A DNA stretch of 64,000 bases from Candidatus Latescibacterota bacterium. Lineage in GTDB: Bacteria; Latescibacterota; UBA2968. The translations under genes were made by a program, and so were the position numbers. This document shows, in pieces, positions 39,951 through 50,596 of this stretch (position 1 is the stretch's first letter; each line of letters begins with the position of its first letter). The notes beneath the pieces are model-generated. The model was given only the letters and a program-made list of their open reading frames with translations, ran no database searches and had not been told where the DNA came from. Location: contig OZ242320.1 in the NCBI GenBank assembly GCA_965208125.1, forward strand, positions 1,120,001 through 1,184,000. Direction: 5' to 3'.

Positions 39951-40196
39951 ATGACCAGGACCGTAACAATAGCCAGATGGCGCGACTATTTTCCTTATAC
40001 CGACGAACAGTTGCCCGGCGTTTCTCTATCTGGTGCAAGGGGGAAGGAAGGGATGACACAGCGGGAATTGTCCAGATTGACGGGCATTCTGCAACGACAC
40101 ATTTCGGAAATGGAAAATGGCAAACGGCCTATTGGGAAGGAAACAGCAAAAAAACTCGGAAAAGCACTCAAAATAAGCTATAAAATCTTTCTATAG
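39951..40196 (+). CDS. XRE-family HTH protein (antitoxin-like, probably 5'-truncated)
   Basis: GARGKEGMTQRELSRLTGILQRHISEMENGKRPIG HTH; no toxin gene upstream. Confidence 0.75.
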   Translation: MTRTVTIARWRDYFPYTDEQLPGVSLSGARGKEGMTQRELSRLTGILQRHISEMENGKRPIGKETAKKLGKALKISYKIFL

Positions 40197-40212
40197 AATA
40201 TCAGGAAAAATA

Positions 40213-41010
40213 ATGTCCCTAACACAAAAACAACTCGACCGCTTCCGCAACTCGGGTTACGCCATAGTCCCCGACATGTTCACCCGTCGCGAAATATGCG
40301 CCATGCGCGCTGAGCTCGACCGCTTCAAACGCGAGGGCCTCCTCCGCAATGTCGCCACCGACGGAGATGGGCAGACCCATTCACAAACGCAAATCAACCT
40401 GCAAATCTGTCCCATCACGCCCAAAAGCGCGTTTTACCGCGCCCTGCACTTTCACCCCAAAGTCCTTGCCCTTGTCGAGCAACTCATCGGCTCTCCCTTT
40501 GTATTCTACCTCGACCAGATCTTTCTCAAACCCGGCAAACAGGGCATTGGCACGGACTGGCATCAGGACAACGCGTATTTCAAAATCAGCGACCCCGCCA
40601 AAGGCGTTGGCATGTGGGTTGCCCTTCACGATGCCAACATCGCCAACGGCACACTGCACATCGTACCCGGCAGCCACCGCGAAATCTACGCTCACGACCG
40701 GGACCCCAACAGCGACCACCACATACACTGCACAGTACCCGAAGAAAGAGCCATCCCCATCGAATTGCCAGCCGGGGGTACAGTCTTCTTCAACTTTGGC
40801 ATTGCACACCGCACACTTGCAAACACCACACACAGAGAACGCGCGGGCCTTGCCCTGCACTTTTTGAACACCGACTATATTCCCAAAAACCTCAAAGCGA
40901 CCCGACGCTACACCCACCTCACAGGTCCCCTTGCCACAGGTGGAAAAAAAGAATACGACCTTTGTGTTGCCAACACCTGGTCCAACGAAGTAGATCGCCT
41001 ACTTTTATAA
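40213..41010 (+). CDS. Phytanoyl-CoA dioxygenase (PhyH) family protein
   Basis: FLKPG, WHQDN (HxD), WVALHDA...NG.L..VPGSH, AHRTLAN and R motifs. Confidence 0.93.
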   Translation: MSLTQKQLDRFRNSGYAIVPDMFTRREICAMRAELDRFKREGLLRNVATDGDGQTHSQTQINLQICPITPKSAFYRALHFHPKVLALVEQLIGSPFVFYLDQIFLKPGKQGIGTDWHQDNAYFKISDPAKGVGMWVALHDANIANGTLHIVPGSHREIYAHDRDPNSDHHIHCTVPEERAIPIELPAGGTVFFNFGIAHRTLANTTHRERAGLALHFLNTDYIPKNLKATRRYTHLTGPLATGGKKEYDLCVANTWSNEVDRLLL

Positions 41011-41015
41011 AAAAA

Positions 41016-41039
41016 GGGCGAGACATGCCTCGCCCCTAC
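41016..41039. repeat. GTAG-family REP-like palindrome (family A variant)
   Basis: GGGCGAG-ACATGC-CTCGCCC-CTAC between convergent genes. Confidence 0.75.
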
Positions 41040-41068
41040 GATGCCCCTTACCTTTTACACTTCACACT

Positions 41069-41356
41069 TCACTCCTGCGCCCTTGCCTTAATAACGCGTT
41101 TCACCTTATGAACCTCGCGCCAGAGTACCCGGACCTTGCCCTGTCTCTCCGTCGTCACCACAATCTCTTCTTCATCCACCCGCAATAAAATCCCCTGAAA
41201 AGTCGCGCCATCTCTGGTCTCTATCAACAGAGAATCTCCCACCGAGACTTGCTCTGGGGAATGCACCATCTCGTAATAAGTATAAGAAGAGGGCGATGTG
41301 GTCTCGCATCCACAAATCCACAGACCCAAAATCGCAACAATTAGCAACCTGTTCAT
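41069..41356 (-). CDS. Small hypothetical lipoprotein (Sm/SH3-like beta fold suspected)
   Basis: MNRLLIVAILGLWICGC lipobox; VSVGDSLLIETRDG..FQG. Confidence 0.7.
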   Translation of the reverse strand: MNRLLIVAILGLWICGCETTSPSSYTYYEMVHSPEQVSVGDSLLIETRDGATFQGILLRVDEEEIVVTTERQGKVRVLWREVHKVKRVIKARAQE

Positions 41357-41364
41357 AATGCGCC

Positions 41365-42243
41365 TCACAGCGGTTCTGCTGAAAAAACCCGCCACCGATC
41401 CACAGGTCGAAATTTCTGTTTGAACTGACGCAAACCCGATAAACCCAAATCTCCGGCGTCATTTACGCGGCGATAATCAGACAGCGCGCCATAAACCCGC
41501 CACCGCAAAAAATACGATAAATCGGGCAAATCGGGATTGGTCTTCGCAACAAAAAAATGCGCCAAATCGGACTGCATCTTTCCGCTCAGGGCAAAAGCCT
41601 CAATCCGCCCCGCAACCTCCACACACCACCCCCACAACACATCTTCTGACCAAAAATGAAACTGATCGAGCGCTGCCCGCGTATATCCCCAGTCCAGCAA
41701 AAAGGGATGCCGACGCCCCTGACGACGACGCCAATGCTTCAACAGCGCAAAACAATCCGGCACATCCCACGCAGTCAAAACGCGAAAATGGAACGCGCAG
41801 GTGCGCTCAAACCGCCGCACCCGCTTGCGCACATCCCTAAAACATCTTCCTCTCGCCGCAACAATTTGCGATGGATCGTAAACATATTCCGCGTCTTTAT
41901 CGCGAAGTGCAAACGCTTCGGTATCTACATATTTAGCATCACAGGCATCTAACCACAAAATTCTCGGCAGACGGCCACCCTGATGAGATGCGAGTCTATC
42001 GACAACCCTCTTCAGCGTATCAGCATCACAGGGAACAGGTGGCACCAGCAAGTCAACGCCTTCTGGACGCTGTACAAACAGACACGTACTCCCCGCAATT
42101 TCATCCATACACACAATCCGATTGGGCGCGAGACTAAAAGCACAGAGAAAGGGCGGAAAATAACACCAGGCCCGCTTATTTGCTCGCAAAAACACATCGC
42201 GCAAATACTCGCCGTGTGTGGGATCAATGGGATGCTCGATCAC
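41365..42243 (-). CDS. DUF2156 (LPG synthase C-like, GNAT) domain protein
   Basis: EYVYD, GR.FRDVRKRVRRF, IEAFALSG, FVAKTN and VNDAGDLGLSGLRQFK..F.P motifs. Confidence 0.85.
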   Translation of the reverse strand: MIEHPIDPTHGEYLRDVFLRANKRAWCYFPPFLCAFSLAPNRIVCMDEIAGSTCLFVQRPEGVDLLVPPVPCDADTLKRVVDRLASHQGGRLPRILWLDACDAKYVDTEAFALRDKDAEYVYDPSQIVAARGRCFRDVRKRVRRFERTCAFHFRVLTAWDVPDCFALLKHWRRRQGRRHPFLLDWGYTRAALDQFHFWSEDVLWGWCVEVAGRIEAFALSGKMQSDLAHFFVAKTNPDLPDLSYFLRWRVYGALSDYRRVNDAGDLGLSGLRQFKQKFRPVDRWRVFSAEPL

Positions 42244-42244
42244 C

Positions 42245-43237
42245 TTATCGCCGCCTTTTGAGATCAGCTGTGTACAGTGCCCCGTAATATTTATCAGTCA
42301 CAAGAGGCTGTGGCTCCCCAGCAGAAACAAGACGCATCATCTGACTGACCCCACCCAATACCTGAGCACCGACATATTCATTAAAATCCGGTATTATTTC
42401 CACAGGCGCAAAGCCCATCTCGATCAACAGGCCAATCGCCCGCGCTGTCTCATCTGGTGAACGACGGCCAAAACTGACAAACCCCTGCTTACCAACCTCG
42501 GGCACAAGCGCAGAAGCTCCCCGCGAAACAAAAAGCGACAAACCGGGCAACGTATAGGGTGGATCTGTAAAAAACACATCCATTTGCCCGCACAGGTCAG
42601 CCGGAATATCTTCGCGCAAATCGCGTGCGATCACAGTGATTGGAAATCCCTCGCGTTCACCAATCGCACTTAAAAAATCAACGAGCCGCCCATCGCACTC
42701 CAGCACCACCACCTGCCCGAGCGCAATCTCCAAATGCTGTGCCAGCAATCCCACCGCCACAGACGTCAAATCATCGTCTCCCAGAACGAGTAAATTTCGC
42801 CCCTCGAGTGCATCGTGTTCGTACAAATACACCGCGCGCCTTAAAACAGTTTCAGGCGTTGCATGGGACTGATCCAGCCTGACATCGACCTTTGGCCGCC
42901 TCTCAGCAATATCTGCAAGGCGTTTGCACACATCTTTCAAAACCACAGGAATGGGGGGCACACCTGGGCGCGCAAAGCGTTTGCGGCACGAAAGCCCCAA
43001 CTCCGATTGCACAACACTCAAGCCCTTACCCGTGAGCGAAACCCCACCTTTTCGCGTCAAAATACCTCTCTTTTCCAATTCGCCCCGCACAGCGGCAACC
43101 ACGGGAACGGGCAAGCCTACCTCCTGAGCGACATTGCGAATGGGAATCTGCTCAGACATAAAAACCGTTCGCAGAATGCGACGCACGCCCTCGGCACCTT
43201 CGGCCAGCCGCGTCTGATTTGCCACCTCGCGCAGCAA
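42245..43237 (-). CDS. bpsA: Branched-chain polyamine synthase (bis-aminopropyl spermidine synthase, DUF43) with N-terminal HTH-like domain
   Basis: LDQSHATPETVLRR, LEGRNLLVLGDDDLTSVA, ECDGRL, DLR, DVFFTDPPYT..G..LFVSR and PDFNEY motifs; start uncertain (TTG at 43237). Confidence 0.85.
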   Translation of the reverse strand: MLREVANQTRLAEGAEGVRRILRTVFMSEQIPIRNVAQEVGLPVPVVAAVRGELEKRGILTRKGGVSLTGKGLSVVQSELGLSCRKRFARPGVPPIPVVLKDVCKRLADIAERRPKVDVRLDQSHATPETVLRRAVYLYEHDALEGRNLLVLGDDDLTSVAVGLLAQHLEIALGQVVVLECDGRLVDFLSAIGEREGFPITVIARDLREDIPADLCGQMDVFFTDPPYTLPGLSLFVSRGASALVPEVGKQGFVSFGRRSPDETARAIGLLIEMGFAPVEIIPDFNEYVGAQVLGGVSQMMRLVSAGEPQPLVTDKYYGALYTADLKRRR

Positions 43238-43256
43238 GTCAACGGAAAAACTTGAC

Positions 43257-44339
43257 CTATGCCGTTTCGGAATCAGTGTTATCGTCAGCCTCCTCGCTCT
43301 CAACCTCATCATCTCGAGCAAGCAAATTTTCATCATCTTTGCGATGTCTTAAAACCACATACATCAAACTCAGCCCCGACGCGTATGTCGCCTGGACATA
43401 CGCAACCACAATCCCCGTAATCACAATGAGCATCACCCCGAGGATACCACCGCTCCAAACCTCTGTTCCCGACGGTGTCCCCGGCACAGGCAAACTCGCA
43501 AACAAATCATCCCATTTCTCCGGAACAAACAAGAGATAGTGCGATGCCACATAAAAAAGATTGGCCAGTTTAACATCCATAAACAAACCACACGCCAGGG
43601 CAATCAGACCAATCGCAGCCATAGTTAGAGCACCCAGCAGCATCAAACCAACCCAAACTGCAAAAACCATCCACACCGCATACAAAACCAAACGCCAGGG
43701 CTGTGACCACGTCAGTGAAAACGACTGTATCACAACATCTAAAATATCAACCCCCTCCGTACCCACAATAGCTGGCGACATAATCACAGCAATAACAAAT
43801 ACCAGACCGACAAACACGGCCAACAATGCCGCAAAAAAAATCGGAATAAAGCACAGCGCGAAAACGATCTCACCCGCTGAGGGGATCAAGCCCGCAACCC
43901 ACCCAATCGCAATACCGCCAATCACAAAAAGAGCAAACAGAGCAAGCACGGCAACGGGACCAAACAGCACGGCTTTCCAGCGCAATCTCGCAAACCGCCA
44001 GGCATCGCCAACCGAATAAAAATCATCACCTCGAAGCTGCTGAAAAGTGATCTTGCACATCATACTGGTCGTTACAAACACCACCGCAAGGGCAAACACC
44101 ATACCCAAAATGTGTAACCCCGTACCAAACAGATCAAACTCACCGAGCTTTGCGGCCGGAAATAAACCGTAGCGCTGCCACAGCCCCGCACTGCCAGCGC
44201 GAACATGTGCGATAAGCAACAAACCCGAATAGCCCGCCCAGGCCGCGATGAGTCCCAACAGCCCAACCCAAATTTTTTTTCCAGACCAACCCAGTCGCAC
44301 ACACCGAAAAATGTCTCGAATATCAAAATGCAGATTCAT
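43257..44339 (-). CDS. Hypothetical multi-pass membrane protein
   Basis: Several long hydrophobic segments, acidic C-terminal tail, operonic position. Confidence 0.8.
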   Translation of the reverse strand: MNLHFDIRDIFRCVRLGWSGKKIWVGLLGLIAAWAGYSGLLLIAHVRAGSAGLWQRYGLFPAAKLGEFDLFGTGLHILGMVFALAVVFVTTSMMCKITFQQLRGDDFYSVGDAWRFARLRWKAVLFGPVAVLALFALFVIGGIAIGWVAGLIPSAGEIVFALCFIPIFFAALLAVFVGLVFVIAVIMSPAIVGTEGVDILDVVIQSFSLTWSQPWRLVLYAVWMVFAVWVGLMLLGALTMAAIGLIALACGLFMDVKLANLFYVASHYLLFVPEKWDDLFASLPVPGTPSGTEVWSGGILGVMLIVITGIVVAYVQATYASGLSLMYVVLRHRKDDENLLARDDEVESEEADDNTDSETA

Positions 44340-44347
44340 ATTACCCC

Positions 44348-44914
44348 TTACTGTTCAGATGGTTCTTCCCGCTCATTCAAATTGAGAACCTCCCGCACCG
44401 CCGTCAAAAAATCGCCCAATTCCATGTGCGATGTTTGCGCTTGCGCGGGTTTGGTACGCACACCCGGAGGCAAGGGCACATGTCTGAGTCTGACCTGGCG
44501 ATCTCCACCTTCGTCCACCTGTACGGCATAACAACCCTGCCCCAATCCCATCGGCCACGGCGATCCAAAACCATCTCGCTTCGAAAGAAACAGCACGGTC
44601 TCTTGCCCCACCACAAACTGCGGCATACCTGGCACCCGCATGCGTTGCCCATCCCATTCACCACCGGGCAAAGTCAGCACCATTTCTGTATCCGCTCGCC
44701 CTTTGACCACCTCCATGACTCTAAACCGCGTTTGGGTAAAAATACCTTTCCGATCAGAAAAAACTGCATTCTCGCGCGCGAGACATTTGACATGTACAAT
44801 AGTCTGTGCGGTCTCGCACATCTCTTCAAAGACAAACATCTTAACAGTTGTCGCCCAGGCGGGTGTCCACCCCATAGCCATCAACATCAAACCTGCAAAC
44901 AATCCTCTATTCAT
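44348..44914 (-). CDS. Hypothetical secreted protein
   Basis: Signal peptide ending AWA; GGAGG RBS; TLPGG...VPGMPQF..G...VLFL. Confidence 0.8.
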   Translation of the reverse strand: MNRGLFAGLMLMAMGWTPAWATTVKMFVFEEMCETAQTIVHVKCLARENAVFSDRKGIFTQTRFRVMEVVKGRADTEMVLTLPGGEWDGQRMRVPGMPQFVVGQETVLFLSKRDGFGSPWPMGLGQGCYAVQVDEGGDRQVRLRHVPLPPGVRTKPAQAQTSHMELGDFLTAVREVLNLNEREEPSEQ

Positions 44915-44996
44915 TTCCTACCTCCTGAAAAAAATCAGTAAAACCTTTCCAATACCATTGATTCTTATACATCTCAGCAGACAAACAGTTGCAAAA

Positions 44997-46322
44997 CTAC
45001 AACCCAAGCGATTCAAACATCTGTGCTGCCAATCTCAGCGCCTCATCGCGTCGCGTCACACGCCCTTCTAACTGTGCATCTTCAACAGCCCGCAACACCT
45101 CCTTAAACGCGGGACCTGGTCTTTTCCCCATCGCAATCAAATCGCGACCGTTAATCAGCGGAACAGGTCTGATCTGTTCTGGCTCCAGCGTCTCGAGCGC
45201 AGCCTTACAAAACGCATAATTGTCCAACGCACCATGGCTTGACAAACAATCGATCCGGTGCAATTCCAGGTGATCTTCAAACCGATCCGTACGCAAAAAA
45301 CGCTTCAATGTACTCGAACGCATCTCCTGTACATGCATAAATTTGTGGTGATCTGCCACCAATGCCGCAATATGCTTTGTCTGTTCCGACGAGAAACGCA
45401 GCCTCCTGCAAATCTCCTCGGCCATCTCGCGCCCAACTTTTGTATGATTGTGAAACCGAATGCGATCTCGCACCTGATAGGTAGGAGGCTTACCCACATC
45501 GTGCAACAAAATACCCATCGCCAATTCTACAGAGGGATTCTGCATCAAACCCAACATAATCAGCGTATGGGTCAGCACATCGCCTTCGGGATGAAACTGA
45601 GGCGGTTGGGGCACGCCATCCATAGCAACAACTTCAGGCATAAAAACCGCCATCAACCCCAGATCAATCAGCAAGCGCACCCCCAAAGGCGCGCACCCCT
45701 CGGTCAAAATTTTGACAACTTCATCGCGAATGCGCTCGAGACTTGTGAACTCGATACTCGCGCTCAGTTCTCCAAGAGCCTCTCGCGTCTTCTCCTCAAT
45801 GGGCCAGTGATACCGACACGCAAAGCGAATCGCACGCAGCATACGCAATCGATCTTCACTGAATCGAGCATGCGGATCACCAATCGTGCGAATCACCTTC
45901 TTTTTTAAATCCGCCTGCCCGCCCACATAGTCGAACACGGCATCGGCCACCGGATCGTAAAACATCCCATTAATGGTAAAATCGCGCCTCATCGCGTCCT
46001 CTTCTTCATCCACAAACACCACACCATCGGGATGCCGACCATCGGAATACGTCAAATCTCGGCGAAAACGCGCCACCTCATAATGATAATCATCCAACCG
46101 CACAATCACCACCCCAAAATGTGCCCCAACCACCTTTGCATGCGGAAAAATGCCGATCACCTGTTGGAGATCGGCATTTGTGGCAATATCGTAATCGCGG
46201 GGCGCCTGCCCCATCAACATGTCGCGCACGCATCCACCGGCCCACAAAGCGCGAAAACCCCGCGCCTGCAAACGACGCACAACTTCCAGCGCGCCCGTGC
46301 GTGCATCCTGATCATTCGTCAC
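44997..46322 (-). CDS. cca: CCA tRNA nucleotidyltransferase with HD domain
   Basis: AGGCVRD, DYDIAT, RRDFTING, EDRLRMLRAIRF, HPEGDV and LLHDVGKP motifs. Confidence 0.93.
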   Translation of the reverse strand: MTNDQDARTGALEVVRRLQARGFRALWAGGCVRDMLMGQAPRDYDIATNADLQQVIGIFPHAKVVGAHFGVVIVRLDDYHYEVARFRRDLTYSDGRHPDGVVFVDEEEDAMRRDFTINGMFYDPVADAVFDYVGGQADLKKKVIRTIGDPHARFSEDRLRMLRAIRFACRYHWPIEEKTREALGELSASIEFTSLERIRDEVVKILTEGCAPLGVRLLIDLGLMAVFMPEVVAMDGVPQPPQFHPEGDVLTHTLIMLGLMQNPSVELAMGILLHDVGKPPTYQVRDRIRFHNHTKVGREMAEEICRRLRFSSEQTKHIAALVADHHKFMHVQEMRSSTLKRFLRTDRFEDHLELHRIDCLSSHGALDNYAFCKAALETLEPEQIRPVPLINGRDLIAMGKRPGPAFKEVLRAVEDAQLEGRVTRRDEALRLAAQMFESLGL

Positions 46323-46345
46323 ATCAAATCACCTCTTACCTGTTA

Positions 46346-47635
46346 TTACTCTTCCACCGTCACGCGCTGAATATGCGCACCCAAACTGCGCAAGCGCGTA
46401 TCAATTTGTTCGTATCCGCGATCGATCTGTTCGATATTTCTGATCACGCTTTGACCCTCGGCACACAAAGCCGCAATAATCAGCGCCATACCCGCCCGGA
46501 TATCTGGACTCGTCAAATGCTCGCCATAAAGTTTTGACGGCCCCACCACCACCGCGCGATGCGGGTCACAAATCACAATTTTCGCGCCCATATCGATGAG
46601 ACGGTCCAACCAGTACATGCGCTGCTCAAACATCTTTTCAAAAAACAGCACCGTACCTCGTGCCTGCGTCGCCAACACAATCGCAATACTCATCAAATCG
46701 GGCGGAAAACCCGGCCACGGATCATTGTCAATGCGCGGAATCGCATCGCCCACATCCGGCATAATTTCCAGCTTTTGAAAAGGCGGCACCACAATATCCT
46801 GGCCATCGACCTCAACTTCCAGCCCCAAACGCCGAAACACCATCAAACTCTTGCGCATATTTTTAGGCGCAGCATTGACAATGCGAATCTCGCTATTGGT
46901 CGCCCCGGCCAACCCAATAAAACTGCCGACCTCCATATAATCTGGACCAATTGTATGCGTCGTTCCACTGAGATTTGACACGCCTTCAATAACCAGTTCA
47001 TTGGTCCCAATACCCGAAATTTGGGCACCCATACTGTTCAGCATGAAACACAATTCCTGCACATGAGGCTCTGAAGCCACATTGCTCAAAATAGTCGTAC
47101 CCCGCGCAAGAACCGCTGCCATCACGGCATTTTCAGTCCCAGTTACACTGCGCTCATCCAAAAAAATGTCCGCCCCCACAAGCCCTCTGGGCGCCTTAAA
47201 ATCGTAAATGTGATTGGTATGAAACCGCACGCCGAGTTCTTCCAGTGCAATCAAGTGTGTATCGACCCGCCGCCGACCGATGCGATCGCCCCCAGGTCGC
47301 GGAATCGTCGCCTTCCCAAATCGCCCCAACAACGGACCGGCAAACATAAAACTGCCGCGCACTTTTCGGCACAAATCCGCCCGCAACACAGATTTGCGAA
47401 CACCCCGTGTACAAATAGTTAGCTCGTGATCACCCGAGTAACGAACCTCTGCTCCCAGATCGCGCAAAATTTCGACAATAACGGCAATATCGCCAATATC
47501 AGGCACATTTTTCAGCACCACGGATTCTTCTGTCAACAAAGTCGCCGCCAAAAGAGGTTGCGCCGCATTTTTATTTCCAGCAGGAACAACAGTTCCAGAT
47601 AAAGCATGCCCACCTTCGATAACAAATTGTTCCAT
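46346..47635 (-). CDS. murA: UDP-N-acetylglucosamine 1-carboxyvinyltransferase (Asp-type)
   Basis: [41 protein letters not shown] and IDRGYE motifs. Confidence 0.96.
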   Translation of the reverse strand: MEQFVIEGGHALSGTVVPAGNKNAAQPLLAATLLTEESVVLKNVPDIGDIAVIVEILRDLGAEVRYSGDHELTICTRGVRKSVLRADLCRKVRGSFMFAGPLLGRFGKATIPRPGGDRIGRRRVDTHLIALEELGVRFHTNHIYDFKAPRGLVGADIFLDERSVTGTENAVMAAVLARGTTILSNVASEPHVQELCFMLNSMGAQISGIGTNELVIEGVSNLSGTTHTIGPDYMEVGSFIGLAGATNSEIRIVNAAPKNMRKSLMVFRRLGLEVEVDGQDIVVPPFQKLEIMPDVGDAIPRIDNDPWPGFPPDLMSIAIVLATQARGTVLFFEKMFEQRMYWLDRLIDMGAKIVICDPHRAVVVGPSKLYGEHLTSPDIRAGMALIIAALCAEGQSVIRNIEQIDRGYEQIDTRLRSLGAHIQRVTVEE

Positions 47636-47752
47636 AAAAAACGTCTCCAATCAATCAAACGGAGGAGAAAAATAAGTAGCTTCGCAGTCATGCCAATCAT
47701 AAACCAGATAGGGAAATATTTCAAGAGTAAAAAGGTAGAATCAGCGGGCAGC

Positions 47753-47821
47753 GGGCGACCACAGGGGGTCGCCCCTACAAATCACAACATCATCGTAGGG
47801 GACGGCCCCTGTGCCGTCCCG
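47753..47821. repeat. REP doublet (family A, BIME-like)
   Basis: GGGCGACCACAGGGGGTCGCCCCTAC, spacer, GTAGGGGACGGCCCCTGTGCCGTCCCG. Confidence 0.88.
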
Positions 47822-47851
47822 TATCGGTCAGTCCAATCAGCCTCCAGCCCC

Positions 47852-48907
47852 CTACTTCACACCCTTCTCCATCTCCCAATACAACTGTCCACACCCGGCC
47901 GCAATATCATCGCCCTTGCTATAGCGAACAGTCGCCGTCAATTTTGCCTGAGATAAAATATCGACAAACCGATCAATTGCTTTCTGCGGAGGGCGTTCAT
48001 AGCGCGCATCATCAATGGGATTCCATGGTATCACATTAATTTTACATGGAATATCCCGCACGAGGTCAATCAGCCTGTATGCATCTTCGGCTGTATCATT
48101 AAACCCGTGCAACAACACATATTCAAATGTCGCCCATCGTCTGACCTGATCGTAATAGGCCTGCACAGCGGACAGGAGTTCTGCAATAGGCCACTTGCGA
48201 TTAATCGGCATAATCTCTGACCGCTGTTCATCTGTCGTCGCATTGAGCGACACAGCCAATCCAATTTTGAGTTTTTCTCGCGCCAGCTTTGCAATACCCG
48301 GCACATGACCGACCGTTGACAGCGTAATGCGACGTATGCCCACAGCCGCTCCATAATCCAGGTTGATCAATCGAATAGCCCGAATCACCTGATCGAAATT
48401 CAGCAGGGGTTCTCCCATCCCCATCATCACCACATGCGTCAACTCATCGCCCTCCGCGCGCAAAAACCGCTGTGCGTACAACACCTGCTCGACAATCTCG
48501 GCTGCCGTCAAATTGCGAATCAACCCCATGCGCGCGGTCGCACAAAACTGACAATCGAGCGGACACCCCACCTGTGACGACACGCACAGCGTGCGGCGCT
48601 TGCCATCCCACATCAAAACACTTTCGATGAGCCGCTTATCGGGCAACTCAAACAAAAACTTCACCGTATCTGTTGACGAAGATCTCAATTCACTAACGCA
48701 ATTTAATCTCAAAAGCGTAAATTGCTCATCGAACTGCGCGCGCACGGTTTTGGACAAATTCGTCATCGACTCAAAATCCGTGACACCCTTGTTGTAAAGC
48801 CAGTCAATCAACTGCCGGGTTCTATACCGCTCCAGGCCCATATCGGACATATGCTGTGCCAACTCTTCGGGAAACAAGCCTTTGAGTTCAATTTTTTCAG
48901 CATTCAT
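47852..48907 (-). CDS. rlmN: 23S rRNA (adenine2503-C2)/tRNA methyltransferase RlmN
   Basis: IESV, CVSSQVGCPLDCQFCAT, MGMGEP and DIAAGCGQL motifs. Confidence 0.97.
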   Translation of the reverse strand: MNAEKIELKGLFPEELAQHMSDMGLERYRTRQLIDWLYNKGVTDFESMTNLSKTVRAQFDEQFTLLRLNCVSELRSSSTDTVKFLFELPDKRLIESVLMWDGKRRTLCVSSQVGCPLDCQFCATARMGLIRNLTAAEIVEQVLYAQRFLRAEGDELTHVVMMGMGEPLLNFDQVIRAIRLINLDYGAAVGIRRITLSTVGHVPGIAKLAREKLKIGLAVSLNATTDEQRSEIMPINRKWPIAELLSAVQAYYDQVRRWATFEYVLLHGFNDTAEDAYRLIDLVRDIPCKINVIPWNPIDDARYERPPQKAIDRFVDILSQAKLTATVRYSKGDDIAAGCGQLYWEMEKGVK

Positions 48908-49134
48908 TGTATATTATATCCTCGCTATTGATCAAACCACCCGATCTCCAACAATTCAATTTACCCAGGCTTGCAGATAACGTCAAGGTCACAGCGCGCG
49001 TATTACAACATATAGCAGACACAATTTTACGACCCCTATATAATGCGGTTGACGTATATAGCGAGATGGTTTATTGTTGTGGCGCACATTTTAGTCAGCA
49101 ACAATTGAGAACGTTTACGAGGGTCCCTCCCCAC

Positions 49135-50514
49135 ATGCCAGTTCGCGCTTATAAAGGCCAGCCCAAATCCCCCAAGCCACGCAAAAGATGGGTCTTCTTC
49201 TGCTTACTAATATCCGTCAGTATGCTCTTTGGCCTTGGCAAAGAACCTGCACCAGATGAACCCATCGCAAAAATGACTGAAGAAAGTCCCGCAGAACCAG
49301 ACTCGATTGAAGCAGATCTCATCCTCCCACTTACCCCTCCAAAACCCAAAACTACCAGAATTGTGGGATATATCGCCAATAAGGAAAATCTCACCGAAGC
49401 CCTCATGAGCGAAAATATCTCGCGCGCCGATGCTCTCGAACTTATCGATGTGCTGCACAGAGATATTAAACGCGCGTCATTCAATCCCAATATCGTTCGG
49501 CGTGGGGACCGCTATGAACTGGAGCTCGACAGCCATTCAACCATTCAGTACCTCAAATACACCAGACAGAACGACCCCGAAACGCAATTTATTGTCGAAC
49601 GAATAAATGGCCAACTCAAAGCCAGGCAAGAAAACCTTCCCTTGAAGCGAGAGGCCATTATCGTATCTGGCCGCATAAAAGACAACATCTGGAACGCGCT
49701 TCGTGAAACCGGTGAAAGCCCGTCTCTTCTGTGTGACAACCTCGGATACGTATTTGAATATTATATCGACTTTTACAACGACTGCAAAACAGGCGACCAA
49801 TTTACACTTGTCGTTGAAAAACTCTACGACGACTCCGGCGCCTTTGTCCGTTATGGCGATATTCTCACAGCCCAATACGAAGGTGACAAAGAATCTTTTC
49901 AAGCATTTCTCTATGTTGATCCCAGTGGCGCAGACAGTTATTACGACTCAAAAGGCCGCTCCCTACAGGGGCTTTTCTTGCGTAAACCCCTGAACTTTAC
50001 CCGCATCAGTTCTCCATTTACCAGCCGTAGATTTCATCCCATTCTCAAAAAATACACTGCTCATCACGGTATAGATTACGCCGCGCCTTACGGCACAAAA
50101 GTCTGGGCCATTGCCAATGGCACGGTCGCTTTTGTCGGACGCAAAGGACCTCTTGGCAACTATATCGAAATCGAACACAGCAATGGCTATAAAACCGGCT
50201 ATGGTCATCTGAAGGGATTTGCGCGGGGCCTGAAAAAAGGACAGCGCGTCAGCCAAAAACAAACCATCGGTTATGTCGGCTCGACCGGACGCTCCACAGG
50301 CCCACACCTGCACTTCAACTTTTACGCCACAGTAAATGGCAAATACAAACTGATCAACCCAACGCGAAAAATCAATCGCCCCGCAGGTCAATCCATCCCC
50401 GAAAACTACATGGCGCATTTTCGCCAGCAGCGCGACCAGTATCTCGCGCTATTAAATCGCAAAAACGGTTCGATTGTCACGACTGCATTGCCGATAGGGG
50501 TAGTAGCAGAGTAG
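49135..50514 (+). CDS. M23 family peptidoglycan DD-endopeptidase (MepM-like)
   Basis: N-terminal TM segment, RISSPF..RFHPILK, HHGID, YGHL and STGPHLHF motifs; start set at MPVRA. Confidence 0.92.
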   Translation: MPVRAYKGQPKSPKPRKRWVFFCLLISVSMLFGLGKEPAPDEPIAKMTEESPAEPDSIEADLILPLTPPKPKTTRIVGYIANKENLTEALMSENISRADALELIDVLHRDIKRASFNPNIVRRGDRYELELDSHSTIQYLKYTRQNDPETQFIVERINGQLKARQENLPLKREAIIVSGRIKDNIWNALRETGESPSLLCDNLGYVFEYYIDFYNDCKTGDQFTLVVEKLYDDSGAFVRYGDILTAQYEGDKESFQAFLYVDPSGADSYYDSKGRSLQGLFLRKPLNFTRISSPFTSRRFHPILKKYTAHHGIDYAAPYGTKVWAIANGTVAFVGRKGPLGNYIEIEHSNGYKTGYGHLKGFARGLKKGQRVSQKQTIGYVGSTGRSTGPHLHFNFYATVNGKYKLINPTRKINRPAGQSIPENYMAHFRQQRDQYLALLNRKNGSIVTTALPIGVVAE

Positions 50515-50596
50515 ATTCAGACACTCTTCTCGCCTCCCCGGATAAACAAATTCTATAACCGTGAACACTTCACGGTCTTTTTTTTCGAGTTATCTC

